From: Selenomonas sp.
GTDB taxonomy: Bacteria > Bacillota > Negativicutes > Selenomonadales > Selenomonadaceae
Assembly: GCF_022773585.1 (NCBI RefSeq)
Contig: NZ_JALEZZ010000021.1
Length of the DNA: 64,000 nt
Direction: 5' to 3' (one strand)
Made by a program: the position numbers and the translations under genes. The notes under the pieces were generated by a model. It was not told the DNA's origin, made no database searches, and saw only the letters and a list, made by a program, of their open reading frames with translations. Shown here piece by piece: positions 25,822-34,085 of the stretch. Each line of letters begins with the position of its first letter. Position 1 is the stretch's first letter.

Positions 25822-27745
25822 TGATTTGACACGAAAAAAGAAAAGGGGGCTGTTGCAGTTATTTGCAGCAGCCTCTATTTCGTGCGCAAAAATCCCGGAC
25901 TGTAAAAAGCCCGGGATTTCGTGTAGAATTGAACTATGCAAAATCTCAATTCCATGCAAGATTATACTTCATTGGAGCAACCATATCAACTGGTGCTCCC
26001 CCTCAATGTCGAATTACAGATTCCCAAGGATGATCCCGTCCGCCTGGTGCGCTATTGCATTGGAGGAATGAATTTGTCGGCCCTGTATCAGAATTGCCAT
26101 CACGTCAATCGAAATCAGGCGTCGCCAGCGCAGATGCTCGCCATCCTTGTCTACGCCTACGCGAACCGCATCTTCTCCACGCGCAGAATCGAGGAAGCCT
26201 GCCGCAGCAATATCAAGTTCATGTATCTGCTGGAAGGAAAGCCTGCACCGGACCATGCGACCGTCTCCCGTTTCTTCACGAAGCGCCTGCGCCCCTGCAT
26301 CCGGGACATCCTCGCGCAGATGGGGAACCTCCTCGAAAAGCTCGGAGCCGTCTCCCTGCACGACATCTTCATCGACGGCACGAAGATCGAATCCGTCGCC
26401 AACAAGTACAAGTTCGTCTGGCGGAAATCCGTCGAGAAGCACCCAGCAAATCTCCTTGCGAAACTTCCAGCATTCTTCTCGCAGGCGGAGACGGACTTCG
26501 GCATCCGCATCCCCCATGGAGACGTCATCCGGATGCGCCACCTCAAGCGCCTGCGCCGCAAGCTCCGCCGAAAAATCTCGGAAGATGGCATCGTCTTCGT
26601 CCACGGTTCGGGAAAGCGGAAGACGCAGCTCCAGCGCACCTTCGAAGAACTCGAGAGCTGCATCGCAAGACTCAAAGATTACGGTGCGAGGCTCCATGAC
26701 ATGAAAGGGCGTAACAGCTTTGCGAAGACCGACAAGGACGCGACCTTCATGCGCATGAAGGAAGACGCCATGAGGAACGGCCAGCTCAAGCCTGCTTACA
26801 ACGTCCAGTACGGCAGCGACTCAGAGTTCATCCTCTGGGCGAGCGTCGGGCCGCAGGCAACTGACACCAGCACGCTCGTCCCGTTCCTGCGAGAGTTCGA
26901 ACAGTACTACGGAACACGCTGCGAGAACGTCGCTACGAAAGCGAAGAGAACTATACCTATCTTGAAACCCACGGCATGAAGTCGTTTATCAAGCCCATCA
27001 ACTACGAGAAGAGCAAGACGCGGAAATGGAAGAACGACATCGGGCGCTTCGAGAACATGACCTACCTCCAGGGCGAAGATGCTTACCTTTGCGCGAACGG
27101 CCGCAAGCTGAAAGCCGAGCGGACGTACCAGTCAAAGACGAAGACGGGGTATAAGAGCGAGAAAACATACTATGCCTGCGAAGATTGCACGGGCTGTCCG
27201 ATGAAGGAAAACTGCATCCACGGAAACCACTTCAAGAAGCCGATGGAAGAACGGACGAAGCACCTCACCGTCGCGAAGAAGTTCCTGCGCCAGCGACAAG
27301 AAGATCGAAAACGAATCACATCGGAGGAAGGCATAGAACTGCGGATGAACCGGAGCATCCAGGCAGAAGGAGCATTTGCAGACATCAAGGCCGACATGAA
27401 CTTCCGCAGATTCCTCTGTCGCGGCACGGAAAATGCGCTCGTCGCCGTCGACCTCCTGGCCATGGCGCATAACATTCAAAAATTGCACCATAAAATCCAG
27501 CATGGAACGGCAAGCCGCCACCGCATACCGGTAAAGGAAGCGGCGTAAAGCCGTCCAGACAAATGAAAACGGGCATAGAAAAAGACGTTTTTTAGAACCG
27601 TCTGGATTTCTATGCCCGTTTTTCAGCGTTTGACACAAAAATGAGCGCGAGAATCTCAACTTGTCTCCACGATACGAAAAGAGGGCTGTACAGCAGCGAA
27701 AAATCGCTAACTGCAACAGCCCCTTTTTCTCGCACAAAATCTATC
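25822..27745 (+). mobile_element. IS1182-family insertion sequence, probably inactive
   Basis: Terminal IRs: GGGGCTGTTGCAGTTA at 25846-25861 and its exact complement TAACTGCAACAGCCCC at 27708-27723, with imperfect extension. It encloses the split transposase gene. No clear target-site duplication was seen. Confidence 0.8.
25936..27548 (+). pseudogene. IS1182-family DDE transposase split into two ORFs (25936..26979 and 26976..27548)
   Basis: N-part ...NRIFSTRRIEEACRSNIKFMYLLEG..PDHATVSRFF (DUF772-type). C-part ...CTGCPMKENC...AEGAFADIKADMNFRRFLCRGTENA...AHNIQKL. The frame change lies near 26927-26940, where ENVA|YESEENYTYLETHGMKSFIK reads in the second frame. Confidence 0.75.
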
Positions 27746-27746
27746 C

Positions 27747-30700
27747 TTACGCTTCTTCCGCTTCGGGAAATGCTTTTTTCTTCACTTCCTCCGGCACAAT
27801 GCCGAGGAAATAATCCTCGAGCGCGTCCCAGATTTTTTCGCTCGACCAGCCGCTTTCGTAGAGGTATGTTAGCATGGCGACGGAGAGGCGGTGGCGGGCG
27901 TAGATTTCGCTGAGCAGGTGGTTGCGATAGGCCTTCGGCTGGCGGACAATGTTTGCAAGCGGCTCGGTCTGGTACATGTAGATGTAGAGCTTGCTGTCGG
28001 CGCCGCCTTTCATTTCAAAGGAAAGGACATTCAGTGCTTCGAGGAGGCCGAGCACGATGCTCGCGGCCCCCTTTTCCTCTTTTTGCACGAGGTAGAGCTG
28101 CCCGTCGTGCATCCCATCTTCGATGGCATGGAACCAATGCTCGACCCATCCGAAGAACTGCCGCACGGAACGGTTGAAGAGATATTGGCGCTCGCCGTTC
28201 TTGAGCGTCCGCACATTTATCACGGGCTGGAAGCCGTGGGAGAACTGCCGCAGGTAGACGTCGATGGACGCGAGCAGAACGTCGATAAAAGCGCTGGCTT
28301 CGTAGCTCTTGAACGGCGTCGCAGCCGTGAGAACGGAGGCGAGCTCCTCAGGCTTGCGGTAGCGGTTTTCGCTGAGACCCTGGTAAATGGTATCCTTGAG
28401 CGGCTTCCAGCAGTTCCAAAAGGCGCCCATGCCGCCCGCACCGACCGCGATGTCGACGCAGAGGGCCGGCTGCATGGCGTACTGCTGGTTGAAGGAGAAA
28501 TCGCCGTCGCGCGAATAGACGAGGTACTTGAATTTCGGGAACGATTCGCTGCCATAGGCACGCTTCCAGATGGCCTCGAGCTCAACGCTGCAGATGTGGT
28601 GCGCTTCGTCGAGCTCCGTCACAGTCTTGGGGAAAGCTTTGCGCAGTGTGCGCTGGACGGCGGGCTGGATGGCGAAGAAGCCGCGGCCGAACAGCGGGAT
28701 GGGGCGCACGGTGATGGGCGAGAAGCCGCGCTGCTGCTCGAAGTCCTTCTGGATGAGCAGGAGCGCTGTCTTGACTTTCGCGATGGCGCTGTCCTGGTCG
28801 CCTGCGTCGCCGCCGAAGAGATAGACGAAATTTTCCGCGTCGAGCAGCATGGCGTTGCGCTTCTTCGTATACGTGCCGCGACGCTCAGCCCGCAGCGCGT
28901 GGTACGTCTGGAGGAGCTTCTTGACGATGCCGACGAGCTGCCACATGCGGATGGCGGACATGCCCTGAAGCTGGTTGATGTAGCGAAAGTCATGCGCGTT
29001 GTAGGGATAGATGGCTTCGCCTTCGAGACCTTTTTTGCGCGCAGCACGGCCAATTTCCTGCACATAGTCGCAAACGTTCCCCGTCGGCGCGAAGTGGATA
29101 ATGTTTTCGATGTCGTCGATGTCGATACCCATGCCAAAGGCTTTCGTCGCGAGCATGATGGGCTTTCCACCTTTGAGGAACGCTTCGTAGTTCGCCTGCT
29201 TCTCGCGGCTGTCCATCGAGCCGTAATACATGGCGATAGACCGCTTTTTCGTACTGCCGCCGAGGTAGTCCCAGAACTTGCGAATGAGGCTGACCGTCGG
29301 GAAATAAATGAGCGTCTTGCGCTCAACCATCAAAGCGCCTTTGATCAACGCTTCGAGCTTTTTGAATTTATCGAGCTCGTACTCGAAGCGTCCGCCCTTC
29401 TCCGTCTCCAAAGGCTCGATGGTGATGTGGATGTCGTCCGCGCGCTTGACGTAACCGAGATACGTAATGGGCTCAATCATGTGAAGGCTGTCGATGGTCT
29501 CGCCGTACATGTCCTCGCGACCGCCGTAGATGGCCGTCGCCGTGAAGGCCGCAACGAGGAAATCGCGCGCTTTTTCCTGAATCTGATGCTTGCGGAGCTT
29601 GCGGATATGGTCGCCAAGGTACCAGTAATCGGGGCGGAACTGCTTGCCCCACGTCGTGACGATGTGCGCTTCATCGACAACGATGGCGCCGAGCGTGCGA
29701 TCGCCGATAAGCTGCTCGACGTCACTGCGCGCGAGCAGCGTCTCGGGCGAAAGGTACAGGATATCATACGTGCCATCCTGGACCTTTGCCATGATCTCTT
29801 GCTTTTGAATCGGCGTGATGTCGGAGTTGATCGTCGCCGCACCGGCATACGTGCGGCCTTCGAGGCCGGCGACCTGGTCGTTCATGAGGCCGATGAGCGG
29901 CGAGATGACGAGCGTCATGAGCTTCTGCTCTTTCGCGAGGACCATCGCGGGGATCTGGAACATCGCGGACTTGCCCGCGCCCGTCGGCGCCGTGACGAAA
30001 AGGTCGCGCGGCTGCTCGCCGCGCCCGCACGCCTCGGCCTCCTGCACGAACTGCGCGATGACGGCCTCCTGCGAGACCGTGCGGAGCTTCTTCTCCCCAC
30101 GCGCGAGCGCCGCAAGATCGTATACCTGGAAGGTGCGGAAGGCATCGGCGTGCCAGTACGTCTGCAAGAGCTCGGTATAGATGGCGCGATGCTCGAACGT
30201 CTCCGACGGCGCGGCTTCCTCGGCGAGAACGAGCTGCACGTCCGCGACGGACGCGAGCAGCACGAGCCGCTGCTGCAATCGCTCCTTCCCACCGGTATAA
30301 TCTGTGATGCGCAGCGCGACTGGGCCTGCAGGTTTTTCCAGTACCTCGCACACGAGCGCGAGGTAGTCCGTCTCGTCGAGCAGGTTCCGCGCCTTTTCCG
30401 CTTTCTGCGTCGGCAGCTTCCTCGCGACTTCGTCGAACAGCGGCTCGTCAAAGACTTTCGACGACGTCTCCTCCTCGGGGTACGCGGCATAGAGGCGGCC
30501 GTCCTGCTCGAAGAGCGCGCCGTAAATCCCCATCGCGTTCTCCGCCGCCCGCAGGTCCGTCTCCTCGCCGGCATCCGCATCGAAATGCGCGAGGAGTGCC
30601 GTGCGCACGTTCGCCGGCCACGCGGCCGCGACGGGGTATGTGTCGATGTAGAGATTGTTCCGCACGATCATGATTTCGGGGAACTCTGTCAAAAGATACG

Positions 30701-30932
30701 CCTTCAGCAACCGGTATTCTTCGATGAGCAGCACGTGGCGCTGTTTCGTGACGATCTCCTGCGTGAAATAGTTAATCGGATGCGAAAGCAGCGCCGCCCA
30801 GTCAATCGTGGCGAGCTCGGCGGCGAATGCGTCCGGCAGTATCGCCAGCGGCACGCCCTGGAGCACGACGATCGTGTCAGGTTCGCTTTGGAGGTTCTTG
30901 ATTTTCGATGCGATGTGGGTCTGGATGTTCAT
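27747..30932 (-). CDS. RecQ-like SF2 DNA helicase with ~300-aa N-terminal and ~400-aa C-terminal regions of unassigned family
   Basis: 1061 aa. Walker A TAPTGAGKS, DEAH box IVVDEAHIV, RecQ-signature TTWGKQFRPDY, ATKAFGMGIDIDD, motif VI YVQEIGRAARKG. AAGAGG lies 6 nt upstream of ATG 30932. Confidence 0.8.
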   Translation of the reverse strand: MNIQTHIASKIKNLQSEPDTIVVLQGVPLAILPDAFAAELATIDWAALLSHPINYFTQEIVTKQRHVLLIEEYRLLKAYLLTEFPEIMIVRNNLYIDTYPVAAAWPANVRTALLAHFDADAGEETDLRAAENAMGIYGALFEQDGRLYAAYPEEETSSKVFDEPLFDEVARKLPTQKAEKARNLLDETDYLALVCEVLEKPAGPVALRITDYTGGKERLQQRLVLLASVADVQLVLAEEAAPSETFEHRAIYTELLQTYWHADAFRTFQVYDLAALARGEKKLRTVSQEAVIAQFVQEAEACGRGEQPRDLFVTAPTGAGKSAMFQIPAMVLAKEQKLMTLVISPLIGLMNDQVAGLEGRTYAGAATINSDITPIQKQEIMAKVQDGTYDILYLSPETLLARSDVEQLIGDRTLGAIVVDEAHIVTTWGKQFRPDYWYLGDHIRKLRKHQIQEKARDFLVAAFTATAIYGGREDMYGETIDSLHMIEPITYLGYVKRADDIHITIEPLETEKGGRFEYELDKFKKLEALIKGALMVERKTLIYFPTVSLIRKFWDYLGGSTKKRSIAMYYGSMDSREKQANYEAFLKGGKPIMLATKAFGMGIDIDDIENIIHFAPTGNVCDYVQEIGRAARKKGLEGEAIYPYNAHDFRYINQLQGMSAIRMWQLVGIVKKLLQTYHALRAERRGTYTKKRNAMLLDAENFVYLFGGDAGDQDSAIAKVKTALLLIQKDFEQQRGFSPITVRPIPLFGRGFFAIQPAVQRTLRKAFPKTVTELDEAHHICSVELEAIWKRAYGSESFPKFKYLVYSRDGDFSFNQQYAMQPALCVDIAVGAGGMGAFWNCWKPLKDTIYQGLSENRYRKPEELASVLTAATPFKSYEASAFIDVLLASIDVYLRQFSHGFQPVINVRTLKNGERQYLFNRSVRQFFGWVEHWFHAIEDGMHDGQLYLVQKEEKGAASIVLGLLEALNVLSFEMKGGADSKLYIYMYQTEPLANIVRQPKAYRNHLLSEIYARHRLSVAMLTYLYESGWSSEKIWDALEDYFLGIVPEEVKKKAFPEAEEA

Positions 30933-31911
30933 GACATGCCTCTTTCAATATAGAATAGTGAACAGAGCGTTTCACTGTGTGCTGGAGACGTCGGAGCGCC
31001 CTGCTTTCGATCTGGCGGATGCGTTCGCGCGTCACGCCCAAGGCCTGTCCGACTTCCTCGAGCGTCTTCGGTCTTCCGTCGTCAAGTCCGTATCGCATCA
31101 TGAGGACGCGCGCTTCGCGCGGCTTCAAATCCTCGAGCAGCTCCATCATGATATTGCGGAATTCTTCCTTCCAAAGCAACGCATCCACATCCGGCTCCGT
31201 CTCGTCCGCCATGAAATCGCCAAGTGACGTATCGCCATCCTCGCCGACCGGCATGTCGAGCGATGCATAGTGCAAAAACATATCACGGATGGCAAACGCC
31301 CGCTGCACATGTGCGAAGGTCACGGACTTGTCCAGCTTGTTTAGTGATGCTGCAATCTTCCGCCATCGCTTTTCCTTATCCTTCACGCCATCGCGGTCCA
31401 GCTCACTGTCCATGCGCGTCACTTTGCGGATGAATTCATGCATGTGAACCGGCACGCGAATCATCGTGCCCTCGTCCATCATTGCCCGCTCGATCGCCTG
31501 CCGAATCCAGAACGTCGCATACGTGGAAAACTTCGCCCGCTTTGGATCGTAGCGCTCCGCCGCCTTCAGCATGCCCTCCAACCCAATCTGCTCCAAATCC
31601 TCCTTGGAAAGGTGGCACCATGGTGAACGGAGATAGCGTTGCACATAGGCAAGGACAAGGTTTCGATTGTTCACGAGGAGATCCTGCCGCGCCTGACGGT
31701 TTCCCTCCTGAATCATCTGGCACAACACCTCATTCGAGAGATTCGAACGAGGCAGATTCCACTCATGCGCGAGCCGCGTCTGCTCATCAAACGGCCGCGT
31801 ATCCTCGCCAACCTCTGCGCTATCCCCCCAGTCCTGATCCTGCTGCAACGCATCCTCCGTATCAAATGCATCATCGTCCGCCTCCGCAGCCGTCACTGCG
31901 GCGTCTTCCAC
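30877..31911 (-). CDS. Sigma-70 family (RpoD-like) sigma factor paralog with an acidic N-terminus
   Basis: Region 2: NLVLAYVQRY...EDLEQIGLEGMLKAAERYDPKRAKFSTYATFWIRQAIERA..MIRVPVHM. Region 4: RPKTLEEVGQALGVTRERIRQIESRALRRL. The only start in frame is GTG 31911, so the true N-terminus is uncertain. Confidence 0.8.
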   Translation of the reverse strand: MEDAAVTAAEADDDAFDTEDALQQDQDWGDSAEVGEDTRPFDEQTRLAHEWNLPRSNLSNEVLCQMIQEGNRQARQDLLVNNRNLVLAYVQRYLRSPWCHLSKEDLEQIGLEGMLKAAERYDPKRAKFSTYATFWIRQAIERAMMDEGTMIRVPVHMHEFIRKVTRMDSELDRDGVKDKEKRWRKIAASLNKLDKSVTFAHVQRAFAIRDMFLHYASLDMPVGEDGDTSLGDFMADETEPDVDALLWKEEFRNIMMELLEDLKPREARVLMMRYGLDDGRPKTLEEVGQALGVTRERIRQIESRALRRLQHTVKRSVHYSILKEACHEHPDPHRIENQEPPKRT

Positions 31912-32131
31912 TTTCGTTGCTTCCCGATACTTCTGATGCTGGCACCGTCTCCAACGCCTCGGCCGGCAGTTCCTTCACGAATACAATGCCATTGTCATTC
32001 AAAATCTGGCGAATCTCCCGCAGCTGCCGCTTGCTGAAGAAATCACAGAACAAAAAGTCGAACTCCTTCTCCGTCATCCACTGTCCATGCGCATGCTCCC
32101 GCGCCCATTTCAAAATCACATCCGCATGCAT
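31871..32131 (-). CDS. Small ORF overlapping the sigma-factor start in another frame; possibly the detached N-terminal region of that sigma factor
   Basis: ATG at 32131 after GGAGAGAGG. MHADVILKWAREHAHGQWMTEKEFDFLFCDFFSKRQLREIRQILNDNGIVFVKELPAEALE... It overlaps the sigma ORF by 41 nt. Confidence 0.45.
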   Translation of the reverse strand: MHADVILKWAREHAHGQWMTEKEFDFLFCDFFSKRQLREIRQILNDNGIVFVKELPAEALETVPASEVSGSNESGRRRSDGCGGGR

Positions 32132-32230
32132 CGGCAACACCTCTCTCCAGTCCTCCGCCGCCGTGGGACGCTTCTCATTTCTCTTATGAAATTCTCTACG
32201 AATTGGAAAAATCCTCTTTGCAAATAAAAA

Positions 32231-32318
32231 GAGATGTTGCAGTTATGTCACCACTTGTCTCCATGACACAAAGAAAAGGCTGCGCAGTAGCGAAAAATCG
32301 CTAACTGCAACAGCCTCC
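32231..32318 (+). mobile_element. MITE-like miniature derivative of the IS1182-family element
   Basis: TGTTGCAGTTA (32235-32245) ... TAACTGCAACAGCCTCC (32302-32318). The internal ~65 nt are about 85% identical by eye to the right end of the IS (27655-27723). Confidence 0.7.
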
Positions 32319-32347
32319 TTACCATTCAGGTATCATCGATTTACAAC

Positions 32348-33829
32348 TCACAGCACGAGCCCCATCCATGTCCAGTACGTCTTCGTGAGCAGCAGCGTCA
32401 CGAGGTATGCGAGGATGGTCAGCGGGATGCCGGTCTTGATGAAGTCTTTGACTTCGAAAGTCTCCGTGCTGTAGGCAATCATGTTCTGCGGCGCGTTGAC
32501 GGGCAGGATGAAGCCGAAGCAGATCGTGTACTGCAGGATCATGACCATGCCGACGACGTTGAGCGGGTTGTGCTCGGCCGCGCCCTGCATGACGGAGATG
32601 CAGATCGGGATCATCGCAGACGAGAGCGCTGTCGCGCTCGCGAAGCCGAGATGGATGACGATGAGGAACAGCGCGAGCACGGCAATGATGAAGAAGCCCG
32701 TCGCGTCGAAGAGATGGAAACTCGTGACGATTTCATGCGCAATCCAGGCACCGGCCTTCGTCGAGAGGATGGCCGAACCGAGGCTGATGCCGACGCCGAA
32801 CAGCATCAGCGTGCCCCAGCCGATGCGCTGCTGGGCTTCTTTCCACGTCATGATGCCGATGCCCGGCAGCATCATCAGCGTGATGGCGACAATCGTCGTC
32901 GAGGACGTGTCAAAGGGATGGACTTTCTTTTCCGTCGCCCAGAAGAACAGCAAAATGCACGAGAGGATCATGAGCTTCTTTTCGTCGCTGCCCATGGGGC
33001 CGAGGGCGCGAAGCTCTTTTGCGATTTTTTCCTTGCCGCCCTCGATTTCCTTCATTTCTGGCGGCATCATCTTCAGCAGGACGAAATACAGCAGCACGCT
33101 CATGATGACGGCGAACGGCGCGGCGGCGATGAACCAGTCGAGCCAGCTGATCGTCGTGCCGAGCTGCTTCTCGATGAAACCGAGCGCGACCATGTTCTGC
33201 GCAGCGGCCGTCTTGATGCCGACGTTCCAGATGCTGTCAGCCTGCGCGACGGCGATGAGCATGATGGCCGCGAACTTGCTCTTCTTCGAGACACCGAAAA
33301 CGGCGATGATGCCCATGACGATCGGCACCATGCAGCTGACGCGCGCCGTGGTGCTCGGCACGAAGAAGCTCAGCACGAAGCCCGTGAGGATGACGCCCGC
33401 GAGGACGTGGTTCGTCTTCGCGCCGATCTTCGAGAGTACGAAGAGCGCGATGCGCTTGTCGAGGCCCGTCTTCATCATGGCAGCCGCGATGAACATCGCC
33501 GCGCCGACGAGCGCGAGTGCCGATGACGAGAAGCCTGCAAGCGCGAGCTTCAGGCCTGCGGACGTGCCGAGCATTTTCGACGGGTTCGCCATGTCCGGCG
33601 CCGTGCCAAGCAGGAACGCCATGAGCGAGATGATGATGCCCGACGAAACCGGGTACGAGACAGCCTCTGTCATCCAGATGATGACGGAGAAGATCAGGAT
33701 GCCGATCATGCGGTGTCCGGCCGACGAGAGATCTGGCGGTGTCGGCAGTGCGAGCACGGCAATCAGCACGAGGATGGCGATGGGCAGGCCCATCTTGCGG
33801 AATCTGCTTTCTGGTTTGCTTGTTTGCAT
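32348..33829 (-). CDS. DASS/SLC13-family anion (di/tricarboxylate or sulfate):Na+ symporter
   Basis: ATG at 33829 after AAGGAGGGGG. 493 aa, more than 12 TM segments, ...VIIWMTEAVSYPVSS... and a repeated hairpin SNT-like motif region. Confidence 0.75.
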   Translation of the reverse strand: MQTSKPESRFRKMGLPIAILVLIAVLALPTPPDLSSAGHRMIGILIFSVIIWMTEAVSYPVSSGIIISLMAFLLGTAPDMANPSKMLGTSAGLKLALAGFSSSALALVGAAMFIAAAMMKTGLDKRIALFVLSKIGAKTNHVLAGVILTGFVLSFFVPSTTARVSCMVPIVMGIIAVFGVSKKSKFAAIMLIAVAQADSIWNVGIKTAAAQNMVALGFIEKQLGTTISWLDWFIAAAPFAVIMSVLLYFVLLKMMPPEMKEIEGGKEKIAKELRALGPMGSDEKKLMILSCILLFFWATEKKVHPFDTSSTTIVAITLMMLPGIGIMTWKEAQQRIGWGTLMLFGVGISLGSAILSTKAGAWIAHEIVTSFHLFDATGFFIIAVLALFLIVIHLGFASATALSSAMIPICISVMQGAAEHNPLNVVGMVMILQYTICFGFILPVNAPQNMIAYSTETFEVKDFIKTGIPLTILAYLVTLLLTKTYWTWMGLVL

Positions 33830-33908
33830 GATGTCCCCCTCCTTTGTGATAGATGAAACTTGAAAACTTCTTCCCAATGTACAAGATAACGAACTGATGA
33901 ATGCAGAA

Positions 33909-33942
33909 AGGCAGTCTCCCAGCTAGAAGACTGCCTGTTTTT
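33909..33942. terminator. Hairpin with T-tract between fhs and the DASS gene
   Basis: AGGCAGTCT - 10 nt - AGACTGCCT GTTTTT. The T-tract is on the plus strand, so its role for minus-strand fhs is uncertain. Confidence 0.4.
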
Positions 33943-34085
33943 ACAAGCGGTCGATGATGATGCGCCGTTGCATCTATAACTCGACTTGCATGTTTATTAT
34001 ATTGTACTTGGTATATTTCAAGTGTACCACAATGGATGGAGTTGTCAAGATGTAAAGTTGAAATTTTAACTGTTTCGAACAGAAC

